DNA from: an uncultured Nitrososphaeraceae archaeon
GTDB taxonomy: Archaea > Thermoproteota > Nitrososphaeria > Nitrososphaerales > Nitrososphaeraceae
Length of the DNA: 64,000 bases
Reading direction: 5' to 3'
Assembly: GCA_963779615.1 (NCBI GenBank)
Contig: CAVZZA010000001.1
Location: 448,001-512,000, forward strand
A program made the translations under genes and the position numbers. This document shows, piece by piece, positions 1-11,141 of this stretch (positions within the stretch are counted from its first letter, which is position 1; each line of letters opens with the position of its first letter). The notes under the pieces were generated by a model. That model saw only the letters and a program-made list of their open reading frames with translations, did not search any database and had not been told where the DNA came from.

Positions 1-84
1 TTTTAGCAAATAACCTTTCAGCCACAATATTTTCAAGAATCAGCAGGATCAACAAATAGGCTGAATAGTTATTCGATGCCTTGG

Positions 85-1038
85 TTAAATAAAATTCATT
101 AATGTAAGCTGTTTTTTATCATCGGTTGATTTGTTCGTTTCAATATACCTGCTTCCAACAAGATGGGGAAAATCAAAAGACATCCCTCTGCTGCTTACCG
201 CTTCCTCTAGGTTTTCAAGTATGGTGTTTGAGTAAGCCTTGTCCACAGCAAGGTTATAGCCCTGCCTGATGGGTTCACTGAAATGGAAAAGCCTGCGGTA
301 TTCTTTAATTTTGTCATCCATATCAAGCAGATTGAGAATAGTTTTCATTCTTTCCCATATGTCTGCCCTTAGCCTCAAAGCTGCACCAAATACGTGGTGA
401 ACCCCTGCCCCAAGACAGTTGTCAAGTATGGATTCAATATCCTTTGGCGAATCTGTAACAAGTGGAATAATAGGATCTATATTAACAGCACAGCGAATTC
501 CGGCATCACTGAACCTCTTTATTGCCTCAAACATTGCAGAGGCAGGAGGGGTTCCAGGCTCTATTTTTCGTCTAATGCCATCATCACAGGTTGTGATTGA
601 CCATACAACAAAGCAATTATCTTTGTATTGTTCATGAAGTTCAAGGTCCCTTGATATTAGAGTTGATTTTGTAAACACATAGTAGGGAACACTGTATTTC
701 TGCAAAACTTTAACGCATTTTCTTGTTAACTCAAACTTTAACTCTGCTGGTTGATACGCATCCGTGGCTGATGATATCATCACTGGGTCTATGGCCTTTG
801 ATTTCCAGGCTTTCAGCTGATTTTCAAGGATTTCGGGCGCATTGCTTTTGGCGTATATTTTATCGTAGAATTCTGGTGACCATTCATATGTAGCGTAACA
901 ATAACCACACCTGTGTTGGCATCCCTGGTACAAGTTTAAGGTATTACCTTTATGCCCCCTTACGGTAAAGGGATGAAGCACTGACTTGCTAATTTTGATG
1001 TCAAAGTTTGGTGCATTTTTGCTATACCACAGACTCAT
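85..1038 (-). CDS. Radical SAM protein, spore-photoproduct-lyase-like (Rv2578c/SplB-like) family
   Basis: CxxxCxxC motif (GCQHRCGYCYA), followed by SSATDAYQPAE, FTKS and EPGTPP motifs typical of this family. Confidence 0.85.
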   Translation of the reverse strand: MSLWYSKNAPNFDIKISKSVLHPFTVRGHKGNTLNLYQGCQHRCGYCYATYEWSPEFYDKIYAKSNAPEILENQLKAWKSKAIDPVMISSATDAYQPAELKFELTRKCVKVLQKYSVPYYVFTKSTLISRDLELHEQYKDNCFVVWSITTCDDGIRRKIEPGTPPASAMFEAIKRFSDAGIRCAVNIDPIIPLVTDSPKDIESILDNCLGAGVHHVFGAALRLRADIWERMKTILNLLDMDDKIKEYRRLFHFSEPIRQGYNLAVDKAYSNTILENLEEAVSSRGMSFDFPHLVGSRYIETNKSTDDKKQLTLMNFI

Positions 1039-1595
1039 TGTAATATCTAGATAACATTAATCTGATAATTAATTCATACCATGAGTACAGGGCATGGATA
1101 CAGCACTAGCCATCATTATTAATATTATTATGATTATTGATTATGATGATGACTGTTCATTCTTTACCTCTCCCAAATTGTTGTATCCGATTATACTAAA
1201 TGCAAACTCTATCCGTATGCCACTTCTTTATTGTGCTATGATGCATATGCCTCTTCAGTGTCCGTATCCCACATAAATCAAAAACCATATGCCAGAGTTT
1301 CACGGCCATTGGACCCCGCATAATAAGACCATCATATGCAAATGACAGTAGTAGGTTTGTTCATGTCAACCAATGGATAATCGGGTTATTCAACAACGTG
1401 TGGAAATTTTGTTTTACGGATGGCAATTTGAGAGGGGGAGGGGGAGGGGGAAGGAATAAAGAAGCGCATAGGTTTGCCTGAGATGAGCTTTTGTCCCGAA
1501 TTTGATCCTTCTTGTTTTACGCAATGGCACAAGAGGATTTTCTGTAGGAAAAACCATACGAAAAAACTTTTAATCAATTGTAGTATAAAAAATAC

Positions 1596-2354
1596 ATGAA
1601 GTTAAAAGGAAAGGTAACTATTATTACAGGGGCCAGTGGTGGAATTGGAAAAACCACATCAAAAAAGTTACTTGAGGAGGGCAGTAAAGTTGTAATAGTT
1701 GGGAGAAACAAAAACAAGTTAAAAAGGGCTGCAGAAGAGCTGGATGATGATAATAACGTATTATCCATAACGTCAGATGTTTCTCATGAATCTGAGGTGT
1801 TAAATGTTGTGGAGCAAACCCTATCTGCGTTTGATAAGATAGATATCCTGATAAATTGCGCGGCAATAATCAATGACCCTGCACCTTTTCATTTAATGAC
1901 GGAGGATCAATGGACAGACCTGATAAACGTGAATTTAAAGGGAACATTTCAGCCCATCAAAGCTGTGATTCCAATTATGATTGAGCAGAACTCTGGCAAC
2001 ATAATAAACATTTCATCATTGCTAGGCATGAGAGCAATACCAAATGTCCCATTCTCGGTTTATGGGGTTACAAAGGCAGGGATAATCATGCTGACAAAAA
2101 ACATAGCCTTGGAATACGGGCAATACAACATAAGGTGCAATTGTGTTGCACCCTCAACAATACGAAGCCCATTGCTTGAGCCCTATCTCCAGGATGAGGG
2201 TGCGAAAAAGGTTTTAGAATCATCGTTTCCACTAAAGAGAATTGGTGAGCCGGAGGATGTCACTAATGCCGTATTATTTTTGTGTACTGAAGAGTCAAAA
2301 TGGATAACAGGTACGGTAATTAAGGTGGATGGAGGAATTTCAGCAAGATTATAA
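1596..2354 (+). CDS. SDR-family oxidoreductase (FabG-like)
   Basis: TGASGGIG Rossmann motif, YGVTK catalytic YxxxK, C-terminal VDGG. Confidence 0.92.
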   Translation: MKLKGKVTIITGASGGIGKTTSKKLLEEGSKVVIVGRNKNKLKRAAEELDDDNNVLSITSDVSHESEVLNVVEQTLSAFDKIDILINCAAIINDPAPFHLMTEDQWTDLINVNLKGTFQPIKAVIPIMIEQNSGNIINISSLLGMRAIPNVPFSVYGVTKAGIIMLTKNIALEYGQYNIRCNCVAPSTIRSPLLEPYLQDEGAKKVLESSFPLKRIGEPEDVTNAVLFLCTEESKWITGTVIKVDGGISARL

Positions 2355-2597
2355 CAAATATCAAAAGAATAAAAATAGGAATGAGGCTAAAACCACACAT
2401 TCAAATTAAAAACCTATAAATATATTCTAATTTTTCTGTTGTTTCTATTTTTTTTCTTTCTGCTGTATTTTTTTAGGTTTGCTAACACAGGTAAATGAAC
2501 TATCAGGATGGAAAAACGGCGGGAGGAAACCAAATTCATTTCTTAACATCACCCAATAACTCAAAAATTTAAAAATAAATTCCCTGTGATCAAAATC

Positions 2598-3626
2598 ATG
2601 GGATTAAACCTAAAACCACTGATTACCTCAAAGCCTATAAAAGTTTCAGAGCTAAACGGAAAAACGGTAGCAGTAGACGCATTTAATGTGATATACCAGT
2701 TTTTGGCAACAATCAGGGGACCGTCCGGTGAGCCATTGGCGAACAATCAAGGCCAACCCACCAGCCACTTGAGTGGTCTGTTTTATAGAAACATAAATTT
2801 GATGTGCGAGGGAATAAAACTAATCTATATTTTTGATGGGTATCCCAGTGAGTTAAAAACAGGCGAGATCGAGAGAAGGAGAAAAATAAAACAGGAAACA
2901 ACAGAAAAATACAATTTGGCATTGATTGAGGGCAGGTTGGATGACGCCAAAAAATATGGCCAGGGAACCTCAATTCTAACCTCCGATATAATCGGTGAAT
3001 CTAAAACCATTTTATCCTTGATGGGTATCCCCTTTATAGAAGCGCCATCTGAGGGGGAGTCAACAGCTGCCCATTTATCACAAAGGGAAATAGTTCATGC
3101 TTGTGTTAGCCAGGACTATGACTCCATTCTGTTTGGGGCCAAAAGGCTAATCAGGAATTTGACAATCAGTGGAAAAAGGAAAATCCCCAACAGAAACGCA
3201 TACGTAGACGTAGAGCCAGAACTGATAGAGTCTGAAGAGGTGTTAAGAAAAAACAACCTGACGCAAAGACAATTAATCGATCTTGGCATTCTAATCGGAA
3301 CGGACTTTAACATAAACGGTTTTAACGGGATTGGCCCTAAAACCGCACTAAAACTGATTCAAAAGCACAAGAGATTGGAGGATATTGACAAGATAAAAGA
3401 CGAGCTTTTGGACACACCATATAGCGAGATAAGGGAAATATTCCTGAATCCAGATGTAACCAAGATAGAAAATATTGACATTCAATTTAAGGAATTAGAC
3501 AAGGAGAAGATTATGAGTTTTTTGTGCGATGAAAAAAACTTTTCTGTTGAAAGGGTGAATAACACCATAGAGAAACTAAATAAGACCATGTTTAAAAAAA
3601 GCCAGTCGCTAGAAAAATGGTTTTGA
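2598..3626 (+). CDS. fen: Flap endonuclease 1
   Basis: AVDAFN, TSHLSGLFYR, EAPSEGE, SQDYDS and GTDFN motifs; C-terminal PIP box QSLEKWF; start set at MGLNLK. Confidence 0.97.
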   Translation: MGLNLKPLITSKPIKVSELNGKTVAVDAFNVIYQFLATIRGPSGEPLANNQGQPTSHLSGLFYRNINLMCEGIKLIYIFDGYPSELKTGEIERRRKIKQETTEKYNLALIEGRLDDAKKYGQGTSILTSDIIGESKTILSLMGIPFIEAPSEGESTAAHLSQREIVHACVSQDYDSILFGAKRLIRNLTISGKRKIPNRNAYVDVEPELIESEEVLRKNNLTQRQLIDLGILIGTDFNINGFNGIGPKTALKLIQKHKRLEDIDKIKDELLDTPYSEIREIFLNPDVTKIENIDIQFKELDKEKIMSFLCDEKNFSVERVNNTIEKLNKTMFKKSQSLEKWF

Positions 3627-3675
3627 GGCAAAATATTTGTCTATTTATTTCTCTCTGCAGACGGGCCGCCATCGC

Positions 3676-3720
3676 CATCATAATAATAATCATAATCATA
3701 ATCATAATCATAATCATAAT
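3676..3720. repeat. (CATAAT)n microsatellite between the convergent fen and thyX 3' ends
   Basis: catcataataataatcataatcataatcataatcataatcataat. Confidence 0.8.
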
Positions 3721-5360
3721 AATTTGGATTTCCTCAGGGCGCTTTTTCTTTCAGACTTAAACCTCCCCAGCTCATAGTCATTCATATCAACAAACTTTAT
3801 TCCTTCAGAGATAACAGGATTGACCTTTTTTATCAAAGCGTACATTTGCTGACAAACACGTCTGTAATCAGGATGGCCTTGTGGGGTTGTTCTAAGTTCA
3901 ATCATATGGCACGCCTCACGAAGGTTCATCTTGATGAAGTATGGGTATCTATAAGCAAAGTTTACCACATACTGGGCCTCAACTGGCATTTTTAGCGACA
4001 TTGATTTGTAGGCGTCATTGCTAACATACATGCAATCGTTGTAGTCTTTTTCCATACCAGACTCTGTTACCTCTTTGGGAGTATCGTATCCATACGATGT
4101 TGACAATAATTGCCTGCTAATGGTTAAAAGTCTATGCCTGTGAAGGTCCCTGAACGTTCCATAGTTGGTCAGCAACTCGAATGAGTACTCGATTGATTCA
4201 AAAGCCCGCCCCGGTCTGTGCCTTCTGTTTTGCCTAAATTGAGTATAAAGTCTGATTATCTCATGCCTTTTTTCATCAGGCAAGGTTTTTGCGTAATTCA
4301 GTAGAAAAGCCATGGAGGTGTCTTTGCAATGTTCATGTAAAATTGATGAAACCAGCCTTATCTCTGCATCTTCATTTGGGACATGGGAGAGAATGGCTGC
4401 AGAATCCAGGTTTACAGTGGGATGATTTTCTTTTGGCAGTATCTCCGAATCCACAAACTGGTGTATGGAATCTTTTGTTTTCGCCAAATAGTCTTTATAA
4501 AGTGAACTATACATGTTGTCTTTTGAGCGCCTGATAAACGGCTTGACATATTTTTCCAGCTCTCCAAATAAATGATTCCCTACATCTTGCAGTTCCGACA
4601 GATCGGATGAAAACATATTGAATAACAGGTATTCAAATGCTCTCCCATTTCCGCTAATTGCAAGATTGGTGAGGGTTGACGATGGAAGAAGGTTTCTCAA
4701 TATGTCTAATGTTTTGGCCTTTACTGTTGACGCATAAATTTTTTTGGCATTTTCTATGTCGGTTGGGCTTTTTAAATTGTCAAAAGTGCTCTCTTTTTGG
4801 GTATCAGAATCATCAAAATAAAGATCATTTATAGGCGTTTTTTCCTTGAGATAATTTTGCATTGGTATGATGTTCTTTGAATAGAGTTCAAATGCAAGGT
4901 CACAGGAGTGGATGTATTTATCTGCAGAGGAAGAACTCAAAATCTTTTTATCCATATAGTACTTGTAGTTACCATTGATTTTTTTGTCAAAGGCAACATA
5001 ACGGGAAGACTTTTCCAAAAAGGAAAAACCAATTCTATGGTCCTCAATTTTCTGGGCAGAAATATTGGAAACCCATTCTAAAGCGCATTGAGCTGTTCCC
5101 AACTCAGCAACAGAATCATCACCATAGTCCAGTAAAACCTTATTGTAAAACTCTGTTCCTCTATTAGGATTAGACAGGAATTCATCGATGAAAACCCGCC
5201 GCATCGTTTTGTCAGTCCTGGAATACCTGGACATTAATGCCCCACGGTCAACCTGGTTTGGAGTAATAATCACAAATACGGGTTTGTCAAAATTGGAAAA
5301 ATGAGATTCCAGCTTTTGCTTTTCATCATGGTTAAAGTTTTCCTGGTACATGTTCCCCAT
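3714..5360 (-). CDS. thyX: FAD-dependent thymidylate synthase, long two-domain form
   Basis: [33 protein letters not shown] and [13 protein letters not shown] motifs; start set at MGNMYQE. Confidence 0.9.
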   Translation of the reverse strand: MGNMYQENFNHDEKQKLESHFSNFDKPVFVIITPNQVDRGALMSRYSRTDKTMRRVFIDEFLSNPNRGTEFYNKVLLDYGDDSVAELGTAQCALEWVSNISAQKIEDHRIGFSFLEKSSRYVAFDKKINGNYKYYMDKKILSSSSADKYIHSCDLAFELYSKNIIPMQNYLKEKTPINDLYFDDSDTQKESTFDNLKSPTDIENAKKIYASTVKAKTLDILRNLLPSSTLTNLAISGNGRAFEYLLFNMFSSDLSELQDVGNHLFGELEKYVKPFIRRSKDNMYSSLYKDYLAKTKDSIHQFVDSEILPKENHPTVNLDSAAILSHVPNEDAEIRLVSSILHEHCKDTSMAFLLNYAKTLPDEKRHEIIRLYTQFRQNRRHRPGRAFESIEYSFELLTNYGTFRDLHRHRLLTISRQLLSTSYGYDTPKEVTESGMEKDYNDCMYVSNDAYKSMSLKMPVEAQYVVNFAYRYPYFIKMNLREACHMIELRTTPQGHPDYRRVCQQMYALIKKVNPVISEGIKFVDMNDYELGRFKSERKSALRKSKLL

Positions 5361-5684
5361 AAGATTTCTACTGGATGTTAGTCTATAGCTCAAGGTATAT
5401 TTTTCTTTTTTATGGGGATCTTTATCTTTTCTTATTGAAAAGGGAGAGGGGAAAAACGTTACAGGAGGCGACAAATAATGCATATGCTAATGGGGGGCCA
5501 TATGCTGTAATGTATTGCCGGTTAGGCGTTATTTTTGTGTTGGGGGTGGGCGGAGGGACAGAAAGACAAACACACGGTTGTAAAATTGAGTTAACTCCAG
5601 ATGATTGCTAGCTAAACAATTATTATGAATTAATTAATTTTTGTTCACACAGTGAGCATTATACTAGCGTAGAAATGAAAACCC

Positions 5685-6569
5685 ATGAGCGAATTGAAGC
5701 TCGAATTTGTGGGTAAAAAGGTTAAGGACATGTATGGAACGTACATAGGAAAGGTTGTAGGGATTATGACTGATATTGAAGGGGCTACAGAATCAGTTGG
5801 TGTTGACTGTGGAGCTGGCGGCATAAAAAATTTACCCTATGAACAGCTTTTGGTTCAAGGAGACTATGTTATTTTCATTCCAAGATGGAGACTCGATGCC
5901 CAAAAACTTTTAAGGGAAAAATCTTTGACATTAAAAAGAATAAAGGCGTTACAGGAGATTGTTGCTGACAACGATAACATGAAAGATGACGCAGAATTAG
6001 TTCATTTAAAATATGAAAAAAGACTTGACAGTTTGAGTGAAAACACCAAAGAGATAGTCGACAAGCTGCTCCAGAGGATATCGGAACTAGACTTGGAATC
6101 CAAAAGGGTAAGAATGGTGTTGTTTGATGCGAAATTACAATACAAAAGCAACGAAATAACAGAGGACTTGTACCAGCAAATCAGCATGAACACAAACGAA
6201 CTATTGGATCATGTAAACCTGGAAAAAACGGAAATCAACAATATAATGAACAAATTAACCCAGCATACGGTAGAAAACACAGTTGCATCAAACAATGAAA
6301 CTCCAAGGGAAATCCAGATGGATGATAAAGAAGCACTTGAAAATGGCCAGATGCACGGGGGGGAGCAGCAGCAGCAGCAGCACGAAGAGGAGCTAAACAA
6401 CAGGTTTAACCAAAACCAAGATGTGGAGGAAGACATAGAAATCAAAAAGGAGGTAGAGGAGTCCATTCAGGAAATTTCTGGCATCAATGGAAATCAAAAC
6501 GAGGGTGAAAACAATATAGAACAGGAAGGTGGGGAAATCAGAACTGTGATTACACCAACCAACCAATAG
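5685..6569 (+). CDS. cdvA: Cell division protein CdvA-like
   Basis: N-terminal PRC-barrel (FVGKKVKDMYGTYIGKVV), long coiled coil, acidic tail. Confidence 0.85.
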   Translation: MSELKLEFVGKKVKDMYGTYIGKVVGIMTDIEGATESVGVDCGAGGIKNLPYEQLLVQGDYVIFIPRWRLDAQKLLREKSLTLKRIKALQEIVADNDNMKDDAELVHLKYEKRLDSLSENTKEIVDKLLQRISELDLESKRVRMVLFDAKLQYKSNEITEDLYQQISMNTNELLDHVNLEKTEINNIMNKLTQHTVENTVASNNETPREIQMDDKEALENGQMHGGEQQQQQHEEELNNRFNQNQDVEEDIEIKKEVEESIQEISGINGNQNEGENNIEQEGGEIRTVITPTNQ

Positions 6570-6817
6570 TCAGCAAGAAAAAAGAAAAAACAGCAACACA
6601 ACAAACGCTTTTATTAATTAAGCATTTTAATGTTTTATGTTTTTGTGAACAAGTAGTTGAGGGCTACATAGAGAGTGTGTATGTGTGTATGCAGAGAGTA
6701 GTTAACGAATTAACAAGGGTATTGTTTTTTTTTTGAAATTAATCTCTTTTTTTTGTAGCAGTGACAGCAAACATGAATGATTTAATTTGAATCAGGGTAT
6801 AAAAAAAGAATATATAA

Positions 6818-7075
6818 TTATTCTTGTTTTTGTGTGCTCAAAAGCTCGCCTATTTGATTATGCATTTTCAGAAAGTTTAATCCTTTTTCTGTTGTCTTGT
6901 ATGTCTGTGATCCTTCTATATATTCAATTAAATTATTTTCAATTAAAACAGATAAATATTCACGTAATTGGGCATAACTTAGAAATGCTTTGTACATGAT
7001 TTTTGTCTTTGTAGCACCGCCATTGGCTGCATCAAGGATCATTGCTACTATCTCCGTTCTACTTCTATACTTCAC
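6818..7075 (-). CDS. Small winged-helix transcription regulator (COG3432/ArnR1-like)
   Basis: MKYRSRTEI..IL..A.GGATKTKIMYKAFLSYAQL...TTEKG signature. Confidence 0.9.
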   Translation of the reverse strand: MKYRSRTEIVAMILDAANGGATKTKIMYKAFLSYAQLREYLSVLIENNLIEYIEGSQTYKTTEKGLNFLKMHNQIGELLSTQKQE

Positions 7076-7199
7076 ACTTTATTTTCGTTCTTCCTGTTTA
7101 TTTTAATTTATTGCTACAATCAAATATAAGATTCATATCTATTTTTATTATATAATCATTAAAAAAGCATTTAAGTAAATAACATTCCTACCAACTTTC

Positions 7200-9122
7200 A
7201 TGATTAACAGCTTAAGCGAAGTGGATAAAACGATTTCGCTCGAGGGGAATAAAATTGAGAAGATAAAAAATGAGGCCTTAAACAACCCTGAAAAATTCTG
7301 GGCGGAATGTGCAAATAACTTGGTATGGTTTAAACAATGGGATAAAACATTAGACTGGAACACTCCTTTCGCAAAATGGTTTCAGGGGGGAAAGATAAAT
7401 GCTGCGTATAATTGTCTTGACAGGCACCTAAAAACTGAAATAAAAAATAAAGCGGCCATTATTTGGGAGGGAGAGAATGGGGAATCGGTTACTTTAACAT
7501 TCAATCAGATGTGCTATAAAGTAAATCAATTGGCCAATGCTTTAAAAAAAATTGGCATTGGAAGGGGAGATCGGGTTACCATCTACCTTCCGATGATACC
7601 TGAACTGCCTATCTCAATGCTTGCTTGTGCAAGAATAGGGGCAATCCATTCTGTGGTTTTTTCAGGGTTTAGTTCCCAATCAATAGCCGATAGGGCAAAT
7701 GATTCTGGATCCAAAGTAATAATCACAGCAGATGGTGGTTTTAGAAGGGGAAAAATAATTCCGTTGAAAAACATAATTGATGAGGCAATAGGCAAAATTC
7801 CTTCTGTTGAAAAAGTGATAGTAGTCAAAAGAACAAATAAGGAAATAACAATGGGTGAGAAGGACCTTTGGTTTGAAGATATAATCAACAAGGAATCCAC
7901 TTTCTGCGAATCAGAATGGATGGAAAGTTCTGACCCACTGTATATTTTGTACACATCAGGAACCACAGGAAAACCAAAGGGGGTTATTCATGGCACGGGA
8001 GGGTACCTGACACATTTGTACAACTCAGCAAAATGGGTTTTTAACTTCGCAGCAACAGATATTTTCTTTTGTACGGCCGACATAGGGTGGGTAACCGGAC
8101 ACAGTTACATCGTTTATGCGCCGTTAATGCATGGAGTGACAGAGATAATGTATGAGGGGGCACCAGATTTCCCCGATCAGGGAAGGTACTGGAGAATAGT
8201 AGAAAAATATGGCGCAACTATTCTTTACACAACACCCACAGCTTTAAGGGCATACATGAGACATGGAGACGAGGTCCCTAATTCCTGCAATCTGTCTACT
8301 TTACGCCTATTAGGCACAGTTGGAGAACCCATAAACCCAGAAGTTTGGATTTGGTACTTTAACGTCATTGGGAAAAAAAACTGCCCCATTGTTGATACGT
8401 GGTGGCAAACCGAAACCGGCGGCATAATGATCAGTATGTGCAGCGGAATAGAGAACATCAAAATGAAACCAGGATCAGGAACTTTTTCACTACCAGGCAT
8501 AGAAGCAGAGATAGTGGATGAGAACGGTGAAAAAATCGAGAACGGGAAAAAGGGATACCTAACCATTAGAAAGCCATGGCCTGGAATGCTCATATCGTTA
8601 TGGAATAATGAAGACAGGTACAAGAAGGCATATTGGGAAAAGGTACCCAACCGTTATTTTGCAGGGGACTTTGCTGTTATAGATAAAGACAACTACATTT
8701 GGGTGCTGGGAAGGTCTGATGATATTTTAAAGGTCGCCGGACACAGAATGGGAACAATAGAAATAGAAAGCGCACTAATATCCCACAAGGCAGTAGCAGA
8801 GTCCGCAGTTACCAGTAAAAGTGATGAGATAAAGGGGGAGTCAATAATAGCATTTTTGGTACTCAAGTCAGGATTTGTTCCCTCTGAGCGACTGAATAAA
8901 GAAATGAATGAGCATATAAGAAACACCATAGGCCCAATTGCTATTGCCGAAAAAATTTATTTTGTGAATAAACTACCTAAAACAAGGAGTGGCAAAATAA
9001 TGAGGAGGCTTTTGAGATCGATTGTAAACAAGGAAACCATTGGGGACATAACAACCTTGGAGGATGAGGCTTCAGTAGAGGAAATACTTCATGAAATAAA
9101 TGAGATAAACAAGCATATTTAA
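7200..9122 (+). CDS. acs: Acetate--CoA ligase (AMP-forming)
   Basis: YTSGTTGKPKG, DTWWQTETGG and LPKTRSGKIMRR motifs. Confidence 0.96.
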   Translation: MINSLSEVDKTISLEGNKIEKIKNEALNNPEKFWAECANNLVWFKQWDKTLDWNTPFAKWFQGGKINAAYNCLDRHLKTEIKNKAAIIWEGENGESVTLTFNQMCYKVNQLANALKKIGIGRGDRVTIYLPMIPELPISMLACARIGAIHSVVFSGFSSQSIADRANDSGSKVIITADGGFRRGKIIPLKNIIDEAIGKIPSVEKVIVVKRTNKEITMGEKDLWFEDIINKESTFCESEWMESSDPLYILYTSGTTGKPKGVIHGTGGYLTHLYNSAKWVFNFAATDIFFCTADIGWVTGHSYIVYAPLMHGVTEIMYEGAPDFPDQGRYWRIVEKYGATILYTTPTALRAYMRHGDEVPNSCNLSTLRLLGTVGEPINPEVWIWYFNVIGKKNCPIVDTWWQTETGGIMISMCSGIENIKMKPGSGTFSLPGIEAEIVDENGEKIENGKKGYLTIRKPWPGMLISLWNNEDRYKKAYWEKVPNRYFAGDFAVIDKDNYIWVLGRSDDILKVAGHRMGTIEIESALISHKAVAESAVTSKSDEIKGESIIAFLVLKSGFVPSERLNKEMNEHIRNTIGPIAIAEKIYFVNKLPKTRSGKIMRRLLRSIVNKETIGDITTLEDEASVEEILHEINEINKHI

Positions 9123-9156
9123 TGCATTTAAGGCATTTATTTATTATTTTATGGAA

Positions 9157-9654
9157 TCATATAGAAAGTATGTCTATTTTGGAGTTGAAAGTTACGTTGT
9201 TTTGCTGAATGAAGCCTGAAGAGGCAGCTAAAATGAATTTTGACGGTTTTGTGCTCTTAAACGTACATGTGGATGGATCCAGAATATTATTGCAGGGATT
9301 CGCGTTTTTCACAGCATAAACAAGGCTCCCCTGTTGGTCAAACCACAGCAAATCCAGCGGATACCTGATATTCAACAACCAGGCGGAATACAGGTCAGGT
9401 TTGTCGTAAACCAACAACATTCCGGAATTTGGTTCCAATTTTTCATATCTGAACATTAACCATCTTTGCCTTTCACTATCCGAATCGGCTACCTCAACAT
9501 TCATAATCTTTTCATCGATTTTTATTGTTCCTACCGAAAAATCAAGGTTTCTGTTTTTGATATCTAGTGGGACAAACATCATTCCCAAAACCCCTATTAT
9601 TATGGAGGAAATAATCACAGGAACAAGGAGAGTTATTTTTTTTACCATGTCCAA
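9157..9654 (-). CDS. DUF192-family membrane-anchored protein
   Basis: VEVAD...RQRWLMFR...GMLLV...PLDLLWFD pattern; N-terminal transmembrane segment. Confidence 0.8.
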   Translation of the reverse strand: MDMVKKITLLVPVIISSIIIGVLGMMFVPLDIKNRNLDFSVGTIKIDEKIMNVEVADSDSERQRWLMFRYEKLEPNSGMLLVYDKPDLYSAWLLNIRYPLDLLWFDQQGSLVYAVKNANPCNNILDPSTCTFKSTKPSKFILAASSGFIQQNNVTFNSKIDILSI

Positions 9655-9747
9655 TCACACATTAAAAGCAAACCATTTCAATAATAGTCATTATTCAATA
9701 AGGCTATTCAAAATAAAAACTAAATGTAGATAAATATATTTAGGAGA

Positions 9748-9843
9748 TTACACCTGGGATTCTCCACAAGCTGGACACAGTTTAGTGGTTTTACACATTT
9801 TTGAACCGCACTCAATACAATATCTAATTTCATTTTTGCTCAT
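9748..9843 (-). CDS. 31-aa zinc-ribbon microprotein (absent from the ORF track)
   Basis: Translated by hand as MSKNEIRYCIECGSKMCKTTKLCPACGESQV*; two CxxCG knuckles; GGTGA just upstream of the ATG. Confidence 0.75.
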   Translation of the reverse strand: MSKNEIRYCIECGSKMCKTTKLCPACGESQV

Positions 9844-9898
9844 TCACCAATAGATATCATTTACTTCTAATATATTATTTACATTGGAAATAAACCGA

Positions 9899-10633
9899 CT
9901 AGGGTTGGGGGAAATCCAAATAGGTTTGACGTATGTTTTGATCTATCACCATTACGGACAAATCACTGAACTTTTTATTTTCCAATGTATCCATTTTTCC
10001 TTGGTACAAAGTCTCTTTTTCAATATTAGTCAGGTTTTCGAAAACCCATACATCGATTTTTGAGGTGTCCAATCCATTTTTTTTTAAAAATAATGATATG
10101 TCAGAAGGCATAAAATTCTTGGAAGGAATCGATGGCCATGGCCGGGGCACCAATATTACGCTTTTTTTATCCACCACAGATTTTATTAGCTCTAATTTTT
10201 TCTCCTCGATATCTCCTGTGACATGGAATGTCATGATTGTTGCCTTATCCAATGGCACCCGGGACCTTGCGGAAGCAATTTGGATAGAACTAACACCAGG
10301 AACTATTTCCACGTTGTCATCTCCATAAATTTCTAATAGCCTGTCAACTACCTCCGACTCGGAAAAATTTACATCGCCAGTGAATGGGACAGTGCATATG
10401 TCATTATCTTTCATCAGATTATTAAACACATGCAGATAGATTTCCTCCTGGTTTTTCATTGTTACCTCAAAAACCTGCTGTAAAGACCTATCAACAATAT
10501 GGGCGATCGTAAGCAACGTGTATTTATACCCTATAACAAAATTAGAATTCTTAATTATTTCTTGTGAATAATCAGTGAGGTATTTTTTTGATCCTGGGCC
10601 TACACCTATAACAAATAACTTTTTTTTTGTCAA
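9899..10633 (-). CDS. cbiE: Precorrin-6Y C5,15-methyltransferase CbiE (cobalamin synthesis)
   Basis: VIGVGPGS, FTGD, IVPGVSS, VFENLT and FSDLSVMV tetrapyrrole methylase motifs. Confidence 0.85.
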   Translation of the reverse strand: MTKKKLFVIGVGPGSKKYLTDYSQEIIKNSNFVIGYKYTLLTIAHIVDRSLQQVFEVTMKNQEEIYLHVFNNLMKDNDICTVPFTGDVNFSESEVVDRLLEIYGDDNVEIVPGVSSIQIASARSRVPLDKATIMTFHVTGDIEEKKLELIKSVVDKKSVILVPRPWPSIPSKNFMPSDISLFLKKNGLDTSKIDVWVFENLTNIEKETLYQGKMDTLENKKFSDLSVMVIDQNIRQTYLDFPQP

Positions 10634-10773
10634 ATTCTAACTAATCAAAATGAAAACGGTATTTAAATTCTGAGTTCTAATCTCTAAATTTTATACACTA
10701 AATGATATTTTTTTATAAAATTATAGTTTTGGATGGATATGGATAGAAAATAAAAAAAAATAATTGGATGAGC

Positions 10774-11067
10774 TTAGCCCTCTTCCCAGCCTTTTGTAAA
10801 TACGGCGTTTTTCTTTAATGGAATGGGTTGTCCTGGAGTATATTCCATTGGTCTCATCCAGAAAATTGCTTTTGTTGGACAAACACCAATACAGGCACCA
10901 TCAGAAATACATCGCTCTGGATAAAAGACAAATGCTTTGCCTCTTTTCCAACCTTCAACAGGTTTTACTCTCAATACATCTGGACCAAGAGCTGTACAAA
11001 TTTCTACACATAAAGCACATCCTATACAATGTTGTTCACTAATATCTGGAAGTATTGCAACTGGCAT
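10774..11067 (-). CDS. 4Fe-4S dicluster ferredoxin
   Basis: CIGCALCVEIC and CISDGACIGVCP motifs; conserved thaumarchaeal sequence. Confidence 0.92.
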   Translation of the reverse strand: MPVAILPDISEQHCIGCALCVEICTALGPDVLRVKPVEGWKRGKAFVFYPERCISDGACIGVCPTKAIFWMRPMEYTPGQPIPLKKNAVFTKGWEEG

Positions 11068-11141
11068 CTAATTCACTGAGGATAACTTTTCATTAAAACT
11101 ATTTAAACCCTATGGCATTTTATAACGTTGATATAAAGATG

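Noticed and set aside
1386-1577. Short ORF and GAGGGG run upstream of the SDR gene
   Set aside because: The ORF has no protein-like features, and the G-run is too short to support a functional claim.
5685-6569. cdvA not adjacent to cdvB/cdvC, considered as a novelty
   Set aside because: Dispersed cdv genes are already known in Thaumarchaeota.
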